Shown here piece after piece: positions 1 through 9,752 of a DNA stretch of 64,000 nucleotides (position 1 is the first letter of the stretch; every line of letters starts with the position of its first letter). The DNA lies in the NCBI GenBank assembly GCA_963771885.1, contig CAVYVF010000007.1, positions 109,089-173,088 on the forward strand, read 5' to 3'. This DNA is from Candidatus Bathyarchaeota archaeon (lineage in GTDB: Archaea > Thermoproteota > Bathyarchaeia > TCS64). Below the pieces are notes generated by a model. The model had not been told where the DNA came from, did no database searches, and worked only from the letters and a program-made list of their open reading frames with translations. The position numbers were made by a program, and so were the translations under genes.

Positions 1-890
1 CTCTTGAGCTGCAGTTTAATGCCGCCTCGCATAAGCGGGTCGAGGACTTTGAAGTGGACGACCTTCGTCCTCTCCTCGCGTAGCAGTTCGGATGCCTCGA
101 CGTAACTCATGTAGGGAATTAGGCTTGGCCTCGGCACCGCGCCGATGCGGTTTTTGACCTCCGGCTTCTCCAACTCGGAGACGAACTTTGGGTCGAGGCT
201 CATTATGCCCCCCTCGTCCACGAACTTGACGAGCTTCTTGACCCCTAGGCAGTAGGCGAGGCAGGCAGCCGTGTCGTCGGTGCCGCCTCGCCCGAAGATG
301 GTAATAAGGCCAGAGCCGCTGCGCCCCGCGAAGCCGGCGATGACAGGCACGACGCCCTCCTCGATGCAGGGCATTAGCTGCTCCTCCACCCTGAGCCTCG
401 TGCGCTCAAGGTTCACGGCGGCCTCCCTGCTGTTCTCGTCGGTAACCAGCAGGTCCTCCCCGTAGAAGCATCTGCTCCTGATGCCGCGCGCCTCGAGTTG
501 CGCTGAGATGAGGCGCATCACGAAGTTCTCGCCTCTGCTCACCGTGTAGGCGTAGACTGAGTCGCCCAACTCGCCAGAGCTGCGCACGTAGCTGAGCACG
601 TGCTCCAGCTTCTCGAATTCCCTACGCAGGGGCTCCGCATCCACACCGGCTGGGAGGGATGAGACATGCTCCTTAAGGAGCGACTCTGTGAAGGCGTGCG
701 GCTCGAATCCCTCAACCCTGACCTGGCTGAGGGCCTGGATGATCCTGTCGGTGACGCCTTTCATGGCGGAGACGACGCATACGGGGACCTTACCCGCGTC
801 CAGCTCGGATTGTGCGACGTCGACTATCCTGCCGAGGTCCTCGCTGCCGCGAAGTATGGAGCCGCCTAGCTTGTATACGACGATGTCCAT
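1..890 (-). CDS. lysC: Aspartate kinase (runs off window start)
   Basis: Manual minus-strand translation from ATG 890: MDIVVYKLGGSIL...VVSAMKGVTD...SRGE...GFAG...IFGRGGTDDTA. Downstream of thrC; not in the ORF track. Confidence 0.85.
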   Translation of the reverse strand, partial: MDIVVYKLGGSILRGSEDLGRIVDVAQSELDAGKVPVCVVSAMKGVTDRIIQALSQVRVEGFEPHAFTESLLKEHVSSLPAGVDAEPLRREFEKLEHVLSYVRSSGELGDSVYAYTVSRGENFVMRLISAQLEARGIRSRCFYGEDLLVTDENSREAAVNLERTRLRVEEQLMPCIEEGVVPVIAGFAGRSGSGLITIFGRGGTDDTAACLAYCLGVKKLVKFVDEGGIMSLDPKFVSELEKPEVKNRIGAVPRPSLIPYMSYVEASELLREERTKVVHFKVLDPLMRGGIKLQLK

Positions 891-905
891 CAAATCAGCT
901 CCGGG

Positions 906-2171
906 TTACTTTAGTATCCTCCGGAGGGAGGTGGACACCGCCCCGTCCTCGAGGCGTGTCGGCGCGTTCGGGTGCTTCCCCGAGACGCCCTTCAGCTTGC
1001 CCGTGTGGTACCCGATAGTCGCGTCCGAGTCCTTCAATAGGTTCCCCGTAAGGATGCAGACGACATCATCGTCGGGTTTTATCACGCCCTTGGAGGCGAG
1101 CTTTCTTACGCCAGCAACGGAGGCGGCGGAGGCGGGCTCGCAGCCCACGCCACTCGCGTCGACGACGGCCTTCGCCTCCATTATCTCGGAGTCGGAGACG
1201 TAGTCGACGACACCCTCGGTCTCCCTGATGACCCTGATCGCCTTCTCCCAGCTGACGGGGTTGCCTATCTTTATCGCGGTTGCTACGGTCTCGGGCTTCA
1301 CCGACTCTAGGCTCGATGCGCCGCTCTCCCACATCTTGTAGAAAGGCGATGCACCTTCAGCCTGTATCGAAGCGATGCGCGGCACCTTCTCTATCCAGCC
1401 GAGCTCGACGAGCTCTAGTAGCGCCTTGCCGAAGGCCGAGGTATTGCCGAGATTCCCCGCGGGGACGACCACCCAGTCGGGTGACTCCCAGCCGCGCTGG
1501 TGGAGGAGCTCAAACATTATGCTCTTCTGCCCCTCGACGCGCCACGGGTTTATCGAGTTGAGTAGGTAGAGGCCGAGCTCCCGGCTCGCCTCCTGAACGA
1601 TCCTCATCGCGTCGTCGAAGCTGCCGGGGACCTGCACGACCTTCGAGCCGTAAGCCATCGCCTGGCTGAGCTTTCCGTAGCTTATCTCCCCCTCGGGAAT
1701 GAAGACGACTCCCTTAAGCCCCGCCTGCGCGGCGTAGGCTGCCATGGAGGCGCTCGTGTTGCCCGTAGAGGCGCAGGCGACCGCCTTTGCTCCTTGTCTG
1801 ACGGCCTCGGAGACTGCAACGGTCATCCCCCTGTCCTTGAAGCTGCCGGTGGGATTCTCCCCCTCGTGTTTCATGGCGAGGTTAGCCACACCGGCGAACT
1901 CGGACACTGATTTGCGGGTGTAGACGTTCGTGTTTCCCTCGGGGCGGGTGACTATCATGTTCTGGGCCAGCCCTGGGTGTATGAGCTCCTTGTAGCGCCA
2001 TACGCCGCTGCTGTAGGGCACGCCCATCGGGCAGAGGCGGCTATCAACTACGCTCCTGTCCCACTTGATCGGCTCGTGGACGACCTCGAGGAGGCCGCCA
2101 CACTCGCACCTGAAGACGCTACCGGGCTCGTATTCCCTGCTGCAACGTATGCATCTGAACTTGGAGGGCAT
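906..2171 (-). CDS. thrC: Threonine synthase
   Basis: N-terminal Cys zinc ribbon, NPTGSFKDRG (PLP lysine), ASTGNT, CEPASAA; operon with thrB and lysC. Confidence 0.95.
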   Translation of the reverse strand: MPSKFRCIRCSREYEPGSVFRCECGGLLEVVHEPIKWDRSVVDSRLCPMGVPYSSGVWRYKELIHPGLAQNMIVTRPEGNTNVYTRKSVSEFAGVANLAMKHEGENPTGSFKDRGMTVAVSEAVRQGAKAVACASTGNTSASMAAYAAQAGLKGVVFIPEGEISYGKLSQAMAYGSKVVQVPGSFDDAMRIVQEASRELGLYLLNSINPWRVEGQKSIMFELLHQRGWESPDWVVVPAGNLGNTSAFGKALLELVELGWIEKVPRIASIQAEGASPFYKMWESGASSLESVKPETVATAIKIGNPVSWEKAIRVIRETEGVVDYVSDSEIMEAKAVVDASGVGCEPASAASVAGVRKLASKGVIKPDDDVVCILTGNLLKDSDATIGYHTGKLKGVSGKHPNAPTRLEDGAVSTSLRRILK

Positions 2172-3085
2172 TAGACCAGCCTCGCGCCGAAGTTGCTTGG
2201 TTTGGTAAGGTAGACCTGGGACTTGGTGTCACCGAAGGCCTCGACCATAGCTTTGCCTATCTCCACCGGGTTCTCCCCGACGGCGAAGACGCTAGGCCCG
2301 CCCCCTGAGATCGAGCAACCGTAGGCACCGGCTTGAAGTGCCGCCAGCTTCACGAGGTGGAAGTTGGGTATCATGCTCGCTCTGTGTGGCTCGATCATGC
2401 TGTCGCATATGCTTTTACCAAAGAGAATTGGGTCCTTCATCGCGACTGCGGCAGCCATGCGAGCCGCGAAGCCGATGTTGCGCACCGCGTCCTTAAGGAC
2501 GACCGTCTTCGGCAGGAGCTCGCGGGCCATCTTCGTCTTGTTTGCGTACTTCACTTCCGGTACGACGACGACGAAGCCGATCTCCGGGGTCTCCATCCTG
2601 ACGATGTCGTATCCGTCGCCGACGAGTATGAAGCCGCCGAAGAGGCTAGCCGAGACGTTGTCGGCGTGCGCACTGCCTGCGACAGCCGCCTCGCCTTGGG
2701 CCGCTAGCTTCACAAGCTCCCTCTGGGGGAGCATATAACCCATCAGCTTCTGAGCGGCTACTGCAGCCGCGGCGGCGGATGCCCCGGAGGAACCCATACC
2801 CGTGCCGGGGGGTATCCCCTTCTCGATCTCCATCTCGACGCCCACGGAGTCGCCGATCCTGTCGAGCGCCGCGTTCATAACGGCTCCGGCGCTGTTGAGC
2901 TGCGCCTTTACTGGAATCTGGTCCGCCTCGAATCCCTTAACCTTCACACGGACACCCGGCTCAGAGACCCTTCTGACCTTGACATAGTCGCCTAGGCCAT
3001 CGAGGGCGATTCCGAAAACATCGAATCCGGGTCCGAGGTTAGCGATAGAAGCGGGAGCGTAAACTTTAATCTGTTTGATGGTCAC
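2171..3085 (-). CDS. thrB: Homoserine kinase
   Basis: PASIANLGPGFD, GHMP motif PPGTGMGSSGASA, HADNV, ISGGGPS. Confidence 0.93.
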   Translation of the reverse strand: MTIKQIKVYAPASIANLGPGFDVFGIALDGLGDYVKVRRVSEPGVRVKVKGFEADQIPVKAQLNSAGAVMNAALDRIGDSVGVEMEIEKGIPPGTGMGSSGASAAAAAVAAQKLMGYMLPQRELVKLAAQGEAAVAGSAHADNVSASLFGGFILVGDGYDIVRMETPEIGFVVVVPEVKYANKTKMARELLPKTVVLKDAVRNIGFAARMAAAVAMKDPILFGKSICDSMIEPHRASMIPNFHLVKLAALQAGAYGCSISGGGPSVFAVGENPVEIGKAMVEAFGDTKSQVYLTKPSNFGARLV

Positions 3086-3244
3086 CCATCACTCTTACAC
3101 CTGGACAGCACATTGGACGTGGCTCACCCTTTTTAACCTTTACGGGATATGCTCGGGTTACACACTGACGCGCCTTGGCCCGGGTGACCTGCCCACCAAC
3201 GTTTTTAAGCCCCCTCGTACCCACACAGATGAAGGTGCAAGATT

Positions 3245-3466
3245 TTGGAGAAGGCAGAAGTACAGAAGGCACTCAACGATGTGCGCCCACAGCTCCAGAT
3301 GGACGGCGGAGACGTAGAGCTAGTAGACATAGTTGACGGCGTCGTCAAGGTTAAGCTCAAGGGCCACTGCGCAGGCTGCCCCATGAGCCAGATGACTATC
3401 AAGTGGGGCGTAGAGCAGTACCTAAAGAAGAAGGTCCCCGGCGTCAAGGCCGTCGAATCCGTATAG
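3245..3466 (+). CDS. NifU/NfuA-type Fe-S cluster carrier domain protein
   Basis: VRPQLQMDGGDVELV...LKGHCAGCPMS (CxxC). Confidence 0.88.
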   Translation: MEKAEVQKALNDVRPQLQMDGGDVELVDIVDGVVKVKLKGHCAGCPMSQMTIKWGVEQYLKKKVPGVKAVESV

Positions 3467-3485
3467 AAGGGAGTAAACCAAAACG

Positions 3486-3947
3486 ATAGCAAGTGACCTG
3501 GAATCCTGCAAGGACTACGGGGACATCTTCGCCCTCGTGAAGCGGAGCGTAAAGAAGACCCTAGGTCTGCATAGAGTCGGTTTGATGTTGCTTCTCGGTA
3601 ACCTACCCATGAACGTTGGGGCTTTTCACCCGATGGGGACAAACGAGATTGTTCTCAACAGGCGCCTCATCAAGGGGAAGACCGGTATGAGCGAGCGCAG
3701 TCACGTCTATGCTATACTGCTGCACGAGTACCTGCACAGCCTAGGGTACGAGGACGAGGCGCACGTCAGGAAGATGACCTACAAGGTATGCCTCGAGACC
3801 TTCGGCAGGGGCAGTCCGGTAGTCGATGCCGCCCTTACGGGGCCGTGGGCTGATCTTACAGAGGAAGATTTTGAGCAGATCGAGCCCGAGCTTAACCTCG
3901 AGTTAGTAAGAAACTTCGAGAGACCCGATAGCGGCTACATCATCTAG
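3486..3947 (+). CDS. Hypothetical HEXXH zinc-metallopeptidase-like protein
   Basis: LLHEYLHSLGY motif. The frame is open upstream of the called GTG 3537 back to ATA 3486; start uncertain. Confidence 0.6.
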   Translation: MASDLESCKDYGDIFALVKRSVKKTLGLHRVGLMLLLGNLPMNVGAFHPMGTNEIVLNRRLIKGKTGMSERSHVYAILLHEYLHSLGYEDEAHVRKMTYKVCLETFGRGSPVVDAALTGPWADLTEEDFEQIEPELNLELVRNFERPDSGYII

Positions 3948-4095
3948 CCGTCTAAACCTCTTTTATAGGCACTTTAAGCGTTTCAGCTTTTGTCGAATCC
4001 CATAGGGTAGTTGAAGACCGTGTCGTGTGCGCTGACACGGTTACTCGGATACAAATTATATACCAAAAAGCGATTTTCGGAATCTTAAATTTTGA

Positions 4096-4545
4096 TCAAA
4101 CCGGCACACTTACAACTTTCGAGTCTATCACCCACACGCCCTCATCATGCAATAATTCATATGTTACAAACATATTCCAACCCTTATAATGACTGTTTAA
4201 AGATGTAGAAATACTAACGCGACAGCCTTCACCCCAGCCTCTGATTGATGCATAATCGAATTGAATCGCATAAATCGAGACCGATGTATCCCACGAACTA
4301 AGCTCATCCATAGTAATAAGCACCAGCGGAACACCGCTTACTGATTGAGGCAGGGTTAAACCAGTTATCTGCGGAGAGGATACAACCAGAAGACTTCCCT
4401 CAACTGGGTCGTCCCTCATCCTGTCTTCAAGTACAACCCTGATAGCTTCTGATTTGTTCACAATATTCAAATTATAGTCGAAAATAGCGATAGCGATAAT
4501 TATGATGGCGAGGATGGCGGCTATGGACAGAATTGCCCGCCTCAT
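4096..4545 (-). CDS. Hypothetical membrane-anchored protein
   Basis: 149 aa ORF with N-terminal hydrophobic segment. Confidence 0.6.
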   Translation of the reverse strand: MRRAILSIAAILAIIIIAIAIFDYNLNIVNKSEAIRVVLEDRMRDDPVEGSLLVVSSPQITGLTLPQSVSGVPLVLITMDELSSWDTSVSIYAIQFDYASIRGWGEGCRVSISTSLNSHYKGWNMFVTYELLHDEGVWVIDSKVVSVPV

Positions 4546-4618
4546 GTATCAGAATGAACTGAAGCCGGTGTATAATACTTCCCCTCATAGTTTAGCCAAA
4601 AAAACCAACGCATTTCCT

Positions 4619-5203
4619 TCATCTTACCATGTTACGCACTCGTATTAGGAAAGGTGTCAGTGGCTCGCTCCTAATCGACAACTCAGACGAGTTCTGAGGA
4701 TTCAAAGACGCAACCGTGTAGACTCTTTCCTCATAGACCACGTATCTCGTATACTCGCCCCCGAGGCTGTAAACCACACCCGGACCCGGCTTCTGCTCAT
4801 AATGCAGAGTTACGAAGAACACACACTCATCCCCCGGCTGAACCACGGGGTTCCCCGCCTCACCTACTATTTGCAGGATAAGGATGAACTCGGAGCTAGT
4901 ATCAACCGCCTTCAGGTAAGAGTGGACTTTAACCTCAAACACCGCACCATCAAGCAGGAGCCCTGACGGGGGCTCGGTCCGCCGAGTTACGATCCCATGT
5001 ATTATTACGTCGGAATAATCGACGAGGTTGGGGAGGTCGCGTGGAATTGCCCACCATATTTGCTTTGAGTTGCTTTCTTTAAATCTGTCCGAGTAGGATG
5101 CGATTAGGGAAGAAGGATCAACATTCGGAGTAGCGTTAAGGGTGGCAATGATTGATATCACGATTAGAGCTACGGCTGATATGAGGTAGAGACGTCTTGG
5201 CAT
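4619..5203 (-). CDS. Hypothetical membrane-anchored/secreted protein
   Basis: 194 aa ORF with N-terminal hydrophobic segment. Confidence 0.6.
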   Translation of the reverse strand: MPRRLYLISAVALIVISIIATLNATPNVDPSSLIASYSDRFKESNSKQIWWAIPRDLPNLVDYSDVIIHGIVTRRTEPPSGLLLDGAVFEVKVHSYLKAVDTSSEFILILQIVGEAGNPVVQPGDECVFFVTLHYEQKPGPGVVYSLGGEYTRYVVYEERVYTVASLNPQNSSELSIRSEPLTPFLIRVRNMVR

Positions 5204-5296
5204 CTAATCGGTTGTAGGGGGATGTTGGTTAAGGTATTTGCCATACTGAGAAATGGCGCCATTTCTATTAGGGACCTAGCAAAGTAGGTGTGTGTT

Positions 5297-6625
5297 TTAC
5301 TTCACGATATTCCAGTTCATCCTATCTGTATCGGGCTCATAGAAACCCGCATAGTGCCTAGAGTCCTCAGAGTAGAACCAGACATCCATCGGAAGCGAAG
5401 CTCTATCACCATTCCGATCAAGCCTACACCAACCACTAGCCCCATAGAGCCTACCACACACATCCGAAAATACGCCGTTAACCACCGAGGCGTTACCTGA
5501 CCGAGTCTCCAACACCGAGACAGCTATCGCCCAAGCGCTATCATACAGGAAGGCATCCTGTTCATCAATGGAGGTATACCTAGCTTTCAGACCCTCATAA
5601 TGCGACGACCTGAAGGGCCTGGCAGCCGGAGTGAAAATCTTCAAGTGGTTTGCTTGGGGATTACCGAGGAACCCATCCATCTTTAGCCCAACGTGACTGT
5701 ATCCGCTGAACAACACGCAGTCGTAGAGAGGCAGGTAGTTCGCCATCTCTGTGACAATCGCCACATCCTCACCATAGGCTAGGAGCAGGATAGCTACTTG
5801 GTCGCCATCCGGATTCAGCAGCTTGGCTGCCTCTGCCTGACGATTTGCGGATTGAAGGTAGCCGGAGAAGTCCGTCTCTTCGGCGGGGTAGCGGATCGCT
5901 TGCCCTGCGAGTGCGCCGCCCTTCGCATTCCAAGCGGTCTCAAACTGCTGAGCGACTCCGTCGCCCCACGAGTCGCCGCGTTGAATGATTATTACGGTCT
6001 TTACGCCGTAGCTCCACATGATACTGGCGAGTTGGCTTGGCAGCGTCGAGTCGGGTGGGTTCATGCGGTAAAGGCGATCATTCGGGATCGCTAGCCCATA
6101 TGGGCTTGTGGATGTTGTGCCAACTAGGAGCATGTTACGATCGTCGACATAGTTCTGGATTGTGCTCAGCATCGAGGACCAGCCCCCGCTTATGACGAGG
6201 TCTACTCCCTCCTTCTTCAACTCCTGAATCTTCGTCAGGTGTTCGCCGGGTTGTGTGCTTACTACGTCCGGGATTACGAATTGGAATGTGACGTTGTATC
6301 CCAGTTTACTCGCGTATGCGTTCAAGTCGGGTTGAACTATTTCGTTGATGAATGGTGTCGTTAGTTCTCTATCGGTCAGGGATGAGGCTAGGTATCCTAT
6401 CTTTACTGTGCCTAGGTTGGAGGCGTTATGGAGGGCTCTGTCAAGTATCTGGTTCTGTCGTGTGACGTTGGCGTTGAGGTTGATCTGTTCCTGAAGTTGG
6501 GGTTCTAATGTTTTTCGTGAGTTGTCGTAGCCCGTCTGATATCCGAAGTATAGACCTCCTGCTATTGATACGGCTATTAGGATGATTATTACTCCGAATA
6601 CAGTCGTTTTTACTTGATTCATCAA
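5297..6625 (-). CDS. Type I substrate-binding protein (branched-chain amino acid/LivJ-like) with TM anchor and coiled coil
   Basis: TM helix, Gln-rich coil, VKIGYL, STSP, LYRMNPPD, GDSWGDG, YDSAW, GASG...LDRNGDR. Confidence 0.75.
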   Translation of the reverse strand: MMNQVKTTVFGVIIILIAVSIAGGLYFGYQTGYDNSRKTLEPQLQEQINLNANVTRQNQILDRALHNASNLGTVKIGYLASSLTDRELTTPFINEIVQPDLNAYASKLGYNVTFQFVIPDVVSTQPGEHLTKIQELKKEGVDLVISGGWSSMLSTIQNYVDDRNMLLVGTTSTSPYGLAIPNDRLYRMNPPDSTLPSQLASIMWSYGVKTVIIIQRGDSWGDGVAQQFETAWNAKGGALAGQAIRYPAEETDFSGYLQSANRQAEAAKLLNPDGDQVAILLLAYGEDVAIVTEMANYLPLYDCVLFSGYSHVGLKMDGFLGNPQANHLKIFTPAARPFRSSHYEGLKARYTSIDEQDAFLYDSAWAIAVSVLETRSGNASVVNGVFSDVCGRLYGASGWCRLDRNGDRASLPMDVWFYSEDSRHYAGFYEPDTDRMNWNIVK

Positions 6626-7018
6626 CTCACCAATGGGATCAAGTTTAACCGGGAAGGGGTATAACGTTTTTTGAAAAAGAAATTATACAAACGGGTAAAA
6701 CATTGTCATTGGTTTGGCTTGATAGTTGTCGGCGCGTATGCGTCTAGTTCATTTTATATCAAGAAATGCCCCCATATGTGTTTGGGGTTATTGAATATTT
6801 AATGAAGAGAGTGTCAACATAGAAGTCATGGGTGTGAGGGAACTGGTCTTCAGGTCAGATTCCCGTTGGGAAAATTTACTGAAAAAGGGTAGCTTTGAGG
6901 GCGGCATCTTTCTAAGGCTAGACGTGAATCCAGTCAATGTCAGGGAGTATCCATTTTATTCCCGATAAAGTAGACAAGTAAATCTAACCTTTTTAACAGC
7001 AGCAACGTAGGGATACCT

Positions 7019-7558
7019 ATGGTTGACAGAGTCAAGGTTGACACGTTCAAGTATGTACGCGAGATGAACATGCTCCTAAAGGACGGTGGATTACTCCTCG
7101 TCGCCGAGGGAAAGGATGGAAAGCCGAACGCGATGACGATCGGCTGGGGATTCCTCGGCACCATGTGGTCAAAGCCCGTCTTCATCACAGCCGTGCGCCA
7201 CAGCAGGCACACTTACAAGCTGATGGAGGAGGCGAAGAGCTGGACCATCTGTATACCCGCTAAGGGGATGGAGGCGGCGCTTACATTCTGCGGGACCAAG
7301 TCGGGCAGAGACGTCGACAAGTTCAAGGAGTGCAAGTTCACCGCCAAGAAGGGAGATGTAGGCGCCCCCTACATCGAGGAGTGCCCCATACACATCGAGT
7401 GCACAACCGTCTTCAAGACGGACATGAAGCCCGGTCAGCTCGAGGGCGGCATGGAGAAGGAGCTCTATAAGACGAAGGACTTCCACATGCTCTACTTCGG
7501 CGAGGTCAAGGGCGTCTACGCCGTCAAGGACGCCGAAAAGAAGCTCAAGGTGGCGTAG
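7019..7558 (+). CDS. Flavin reductase family protein
   Basis: NAMTIGWG, CGTKSGRDVDK, PYIEECP, H..YFGEV. Confidence 0.88.
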   Translation: MVDRVKVDTFKYVREMNMLLKDGGLLLVAEGKDGKPNAMTIGWGFLGTMWSKPVFITAVRHSRHTYKLMEEAKSWTICIPAKGMEAALTFCGTKSGRDVDKFKECKFTAKKGDVGAPYIEECPIHIECTTVFKTDMKPGQLEGGMEKELYKTKDFHMLYFGEVKGVYAVKDAEKKLKVA

Positions 7559-8032
7559 ATGAAGGTCCTCATAGTATACGACACTAGCACAGGCAACACG
7601 GAGAAGATGGCGCACGCCGTCGAGGACGGCGTAAAGAAGGCGGGTGTAGAGGTCGTTTTCAAGCACGTCGACGATGCCTCGGTAGACGAGATACCCCAGT
7701 GCCAGGGCCTCATACTCGGCTCACCGGTATATTATGGACTACCCTCGGGCAAGATCAAGAAGTTCATCGATGAGTCGATAAAATACCACGGCAAGCTCGA
7801 CGGCACCGTTGGCGGGGCATTCGCCAGCGCCGGTGGCACGCACACAGGCGCAGAGACCACGATCATCGCCATCAACGAGATGCTCCTCGTCCACGGCATG
7901 ATTATTCAAGGCAGCTCCGCAGGCAGCCACTACGGCGCATCATCCGTCGGCTCACCAAATGATGCCTCTCTCGAGGCGTGCAGGAAGCTAGGCGAACGCG
8001 TAGGAAAACTCGTCAAGCGGCTGAACAATTAG
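7559..8032 (+). CDS. Flavodoxin/WrbA-like NAD(P)H oxidoreductase
   Basis: YDTSTGNTEKMA, GSPVYYG, GAFASAGG..GAETT. Confidence 0.88.
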   Translation: MKVLIVYDTSTGNTEKMAHAVEDGVKKAGVEVVFKHVDDASVDEIPQCQGLILGSPVYYGLPSGKIKKFIDESIKYHGKLDGTVGGAFASAGGTHTGAETTIIAINEMLLVHGMIIQGSSAGSHYGASSVGSPNDASLEACRKLGERVGKLVKRLNN

Positions 8033-8060
8033 AGCCAAACTCCGAGAATTAGGAGTGTCC

Positions 8061-8726
8061 ATGTTGAGTAGCCAAATGAAGTTACACCGCCTCGACGACA
8101 ACTACTCCCGGGAAATACTCACGAAGATCCGGAATAAGGAGACGGGACGCGAGGAGTTCCGTTGGGGCCTGAGGAGACTCGGCATGCTTACTGGGATAAG
8201 GATCGCGGCTACTATGGGGTACAGCGACGTGGAGGTCGAGACTCCGCTCGGGGCTAAGGCGAGGGGCGTATCACTCACCGAGGCACGCGATGTCGTGATT
8301 ATAAACGTCCTCCGGGCCGCCACCCCGCTCGTTGAGGGCCTACTCGAGGTCTTCACCGACGCGAGGATCGGCATCGTCAACGCCAAGCGCGTCGAAACGG
8401 GCAACCTCTTCCCGGAATTCGACTTCAAGATAGATGTGCCCTACTTCAATACCCCGAAGTTAACCAGCGGCGACACCCTGATCGTGGCGGACCCCATGAT
8501 TGCCTCCGGGAGCACAAGCGTTGCTGTGCTTGACAAGTTACTGGAAAACGGGCGGCCCAAGCGCATTATCTTGGCGTCGGTCATCTCAGCGCCACTGGGG
8601 CTTGAGAGGGTGCACGCCCACTACCCCGGCGCGGATATATACACCGTGGCGGTGGATGAGGGGCTGAACGAGCACGGTTACATAGTGCCGGGTCTCGGCG
8701 ACGCCGGCGACAGGGTCTGCGGATAA
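8061..8726 (+). CDS. upp: Uracil phosphoribosyltransferase
   Basis: VLRAA, PRPP-binding DPMIASGST, GYIVPGLGDAGDR. Confidence 0.93.
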   Translation: MLSSQMKLHRLDDNYSREILTKIRNKETGREEFRWGLRRLGMLTGIRIAATMGYSDVEVETPLGAKARGVSLTEARDVVIINVLRAATPLVEGLLEVFTDARIGIVNAKRVETGNLFPEFDFKIDVPYFNTPKLTSGDTLIVADPMIASGSTSVAVLDKLLENGRPKRIILASVISAPLGLERVHAHYPGADIYTVAVDEGLNEHGYIVPGLGDAGDRVCG

Positions 8727-8783
8727 AACAGCCGGCAAACTCCTCCAAACAGCCTTATTTCCAATGCACCCTACAACTGGTGT

Positions 8784-9122
8784 ATGAAGAACAGTACATG
8801 GGACAATGTGCCAAGGGCAACCATCGCCCCCGGAGTCGACCTCCGACTGATCAACGGCGACAATTGTATGCTGACCTATGTGATCATGCAGCCTGGGGCG
8901 GTTGTGCCGGATCATAAGCACCCGCACGAGCAGGTTGGAACCTGCATCAAAGGCGAAGGGGTCATGACGTGTGGTGGCAAACAGTTCAAGACGGTCCCCG
9001 GTGCCTGTTGGCTCATCCTAGGCGGGGAAAACCACAGCTGGCGCAACACGAGCGAGGGCGAGACTATCCTCCTCGAGGCTTTCAGCCCGCCGCGCGAGGA
9101 TTATATTGCCAAGGCGAAGTAG
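8784..9122 (+). CDS. Cupin domain protein
   Basis: HKHPHEQ...H...FSPPREDY. Confidence 0.85.
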   Translation: MKNSTWDNVPRATIAPGVDLRLINGDNCMLTYVIMQPGAVVPDHKHPHEQVGTCIKGEGVMTCGGKQFKTVPGACWLILGGENHSWRNTSEGETILLEAFSPPREDYIAKAK

Positions 9123-9220
9123 CGCCACCATTGGCTCGAGGGGAAACCATATTCCCCAACCACACACAAAATTTTCGTGTTCGTGAATGATTAAATATTT
9201 ATAATAAAATATCATTACCG

Positions 9221-9686
9221 ATGCATCAAATCCGACGTGCAGTACTCGACGACGTTCCAGAGATAACTGCCTGCATTAAAGATGCGTATGCCCCTTACAT
9301 TCAGAGAATAGGAAAGGCACCCGCACCAATGCTTGAAGATTATGCTGAAGCTGTTACCCAGAAGAACATCTGGGTCCTTGAAGGTCATAGGGTCTGAGTT
9401 GCTGGGAGTCCTAATTCTTGTACCTGAGACAGAATATTTGCTGATTGAAAACATTGCTATTAAACGGAGGTATCAGGGTCGAGGATTTGGCGGAAAGTTG
9501 ATGGATTTCGCCGAGTCTGAGGCTTTGAAGTTAGGATATAAGGTAATGCGTCTTTACACCAATGTTAAGATGTTTGAGAATCAGATTATTTACGAGCATC
9601 TAGGTTGGAAGAATATTGGACTTGTATCTGAAGAGGGATACGATAGAGTCTACATGGAAAAACGGATACTGGTTAGTGCTAATTAG
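9221..9686 (+). CDS. GNAT N-acetyltransferase (one frameshift near 9385)
   Basis: ATG 9221 gives MHQIRRAVLDDVPEITACIKDAYAPYIQRIGKAPAPMLEDY to TGA 9395; the +1 frame continues ENIAI..YQGRGFGG..LYTN. Confidence 0.8.
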
Positions 9687-9752
9687 TTGTGATCGTAAGC
9701 AAGTGTGTGTGGAGGGAAAGCATTTTCTCCCCAACCCGTGTCTTCTATCAGC

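Noticed and set aside
9395..9397. In-frame TGA in the GNAT gene as selenocysteine or read-through
   Set aside because: The protein continues in a different frame, so a single-base indel explains it
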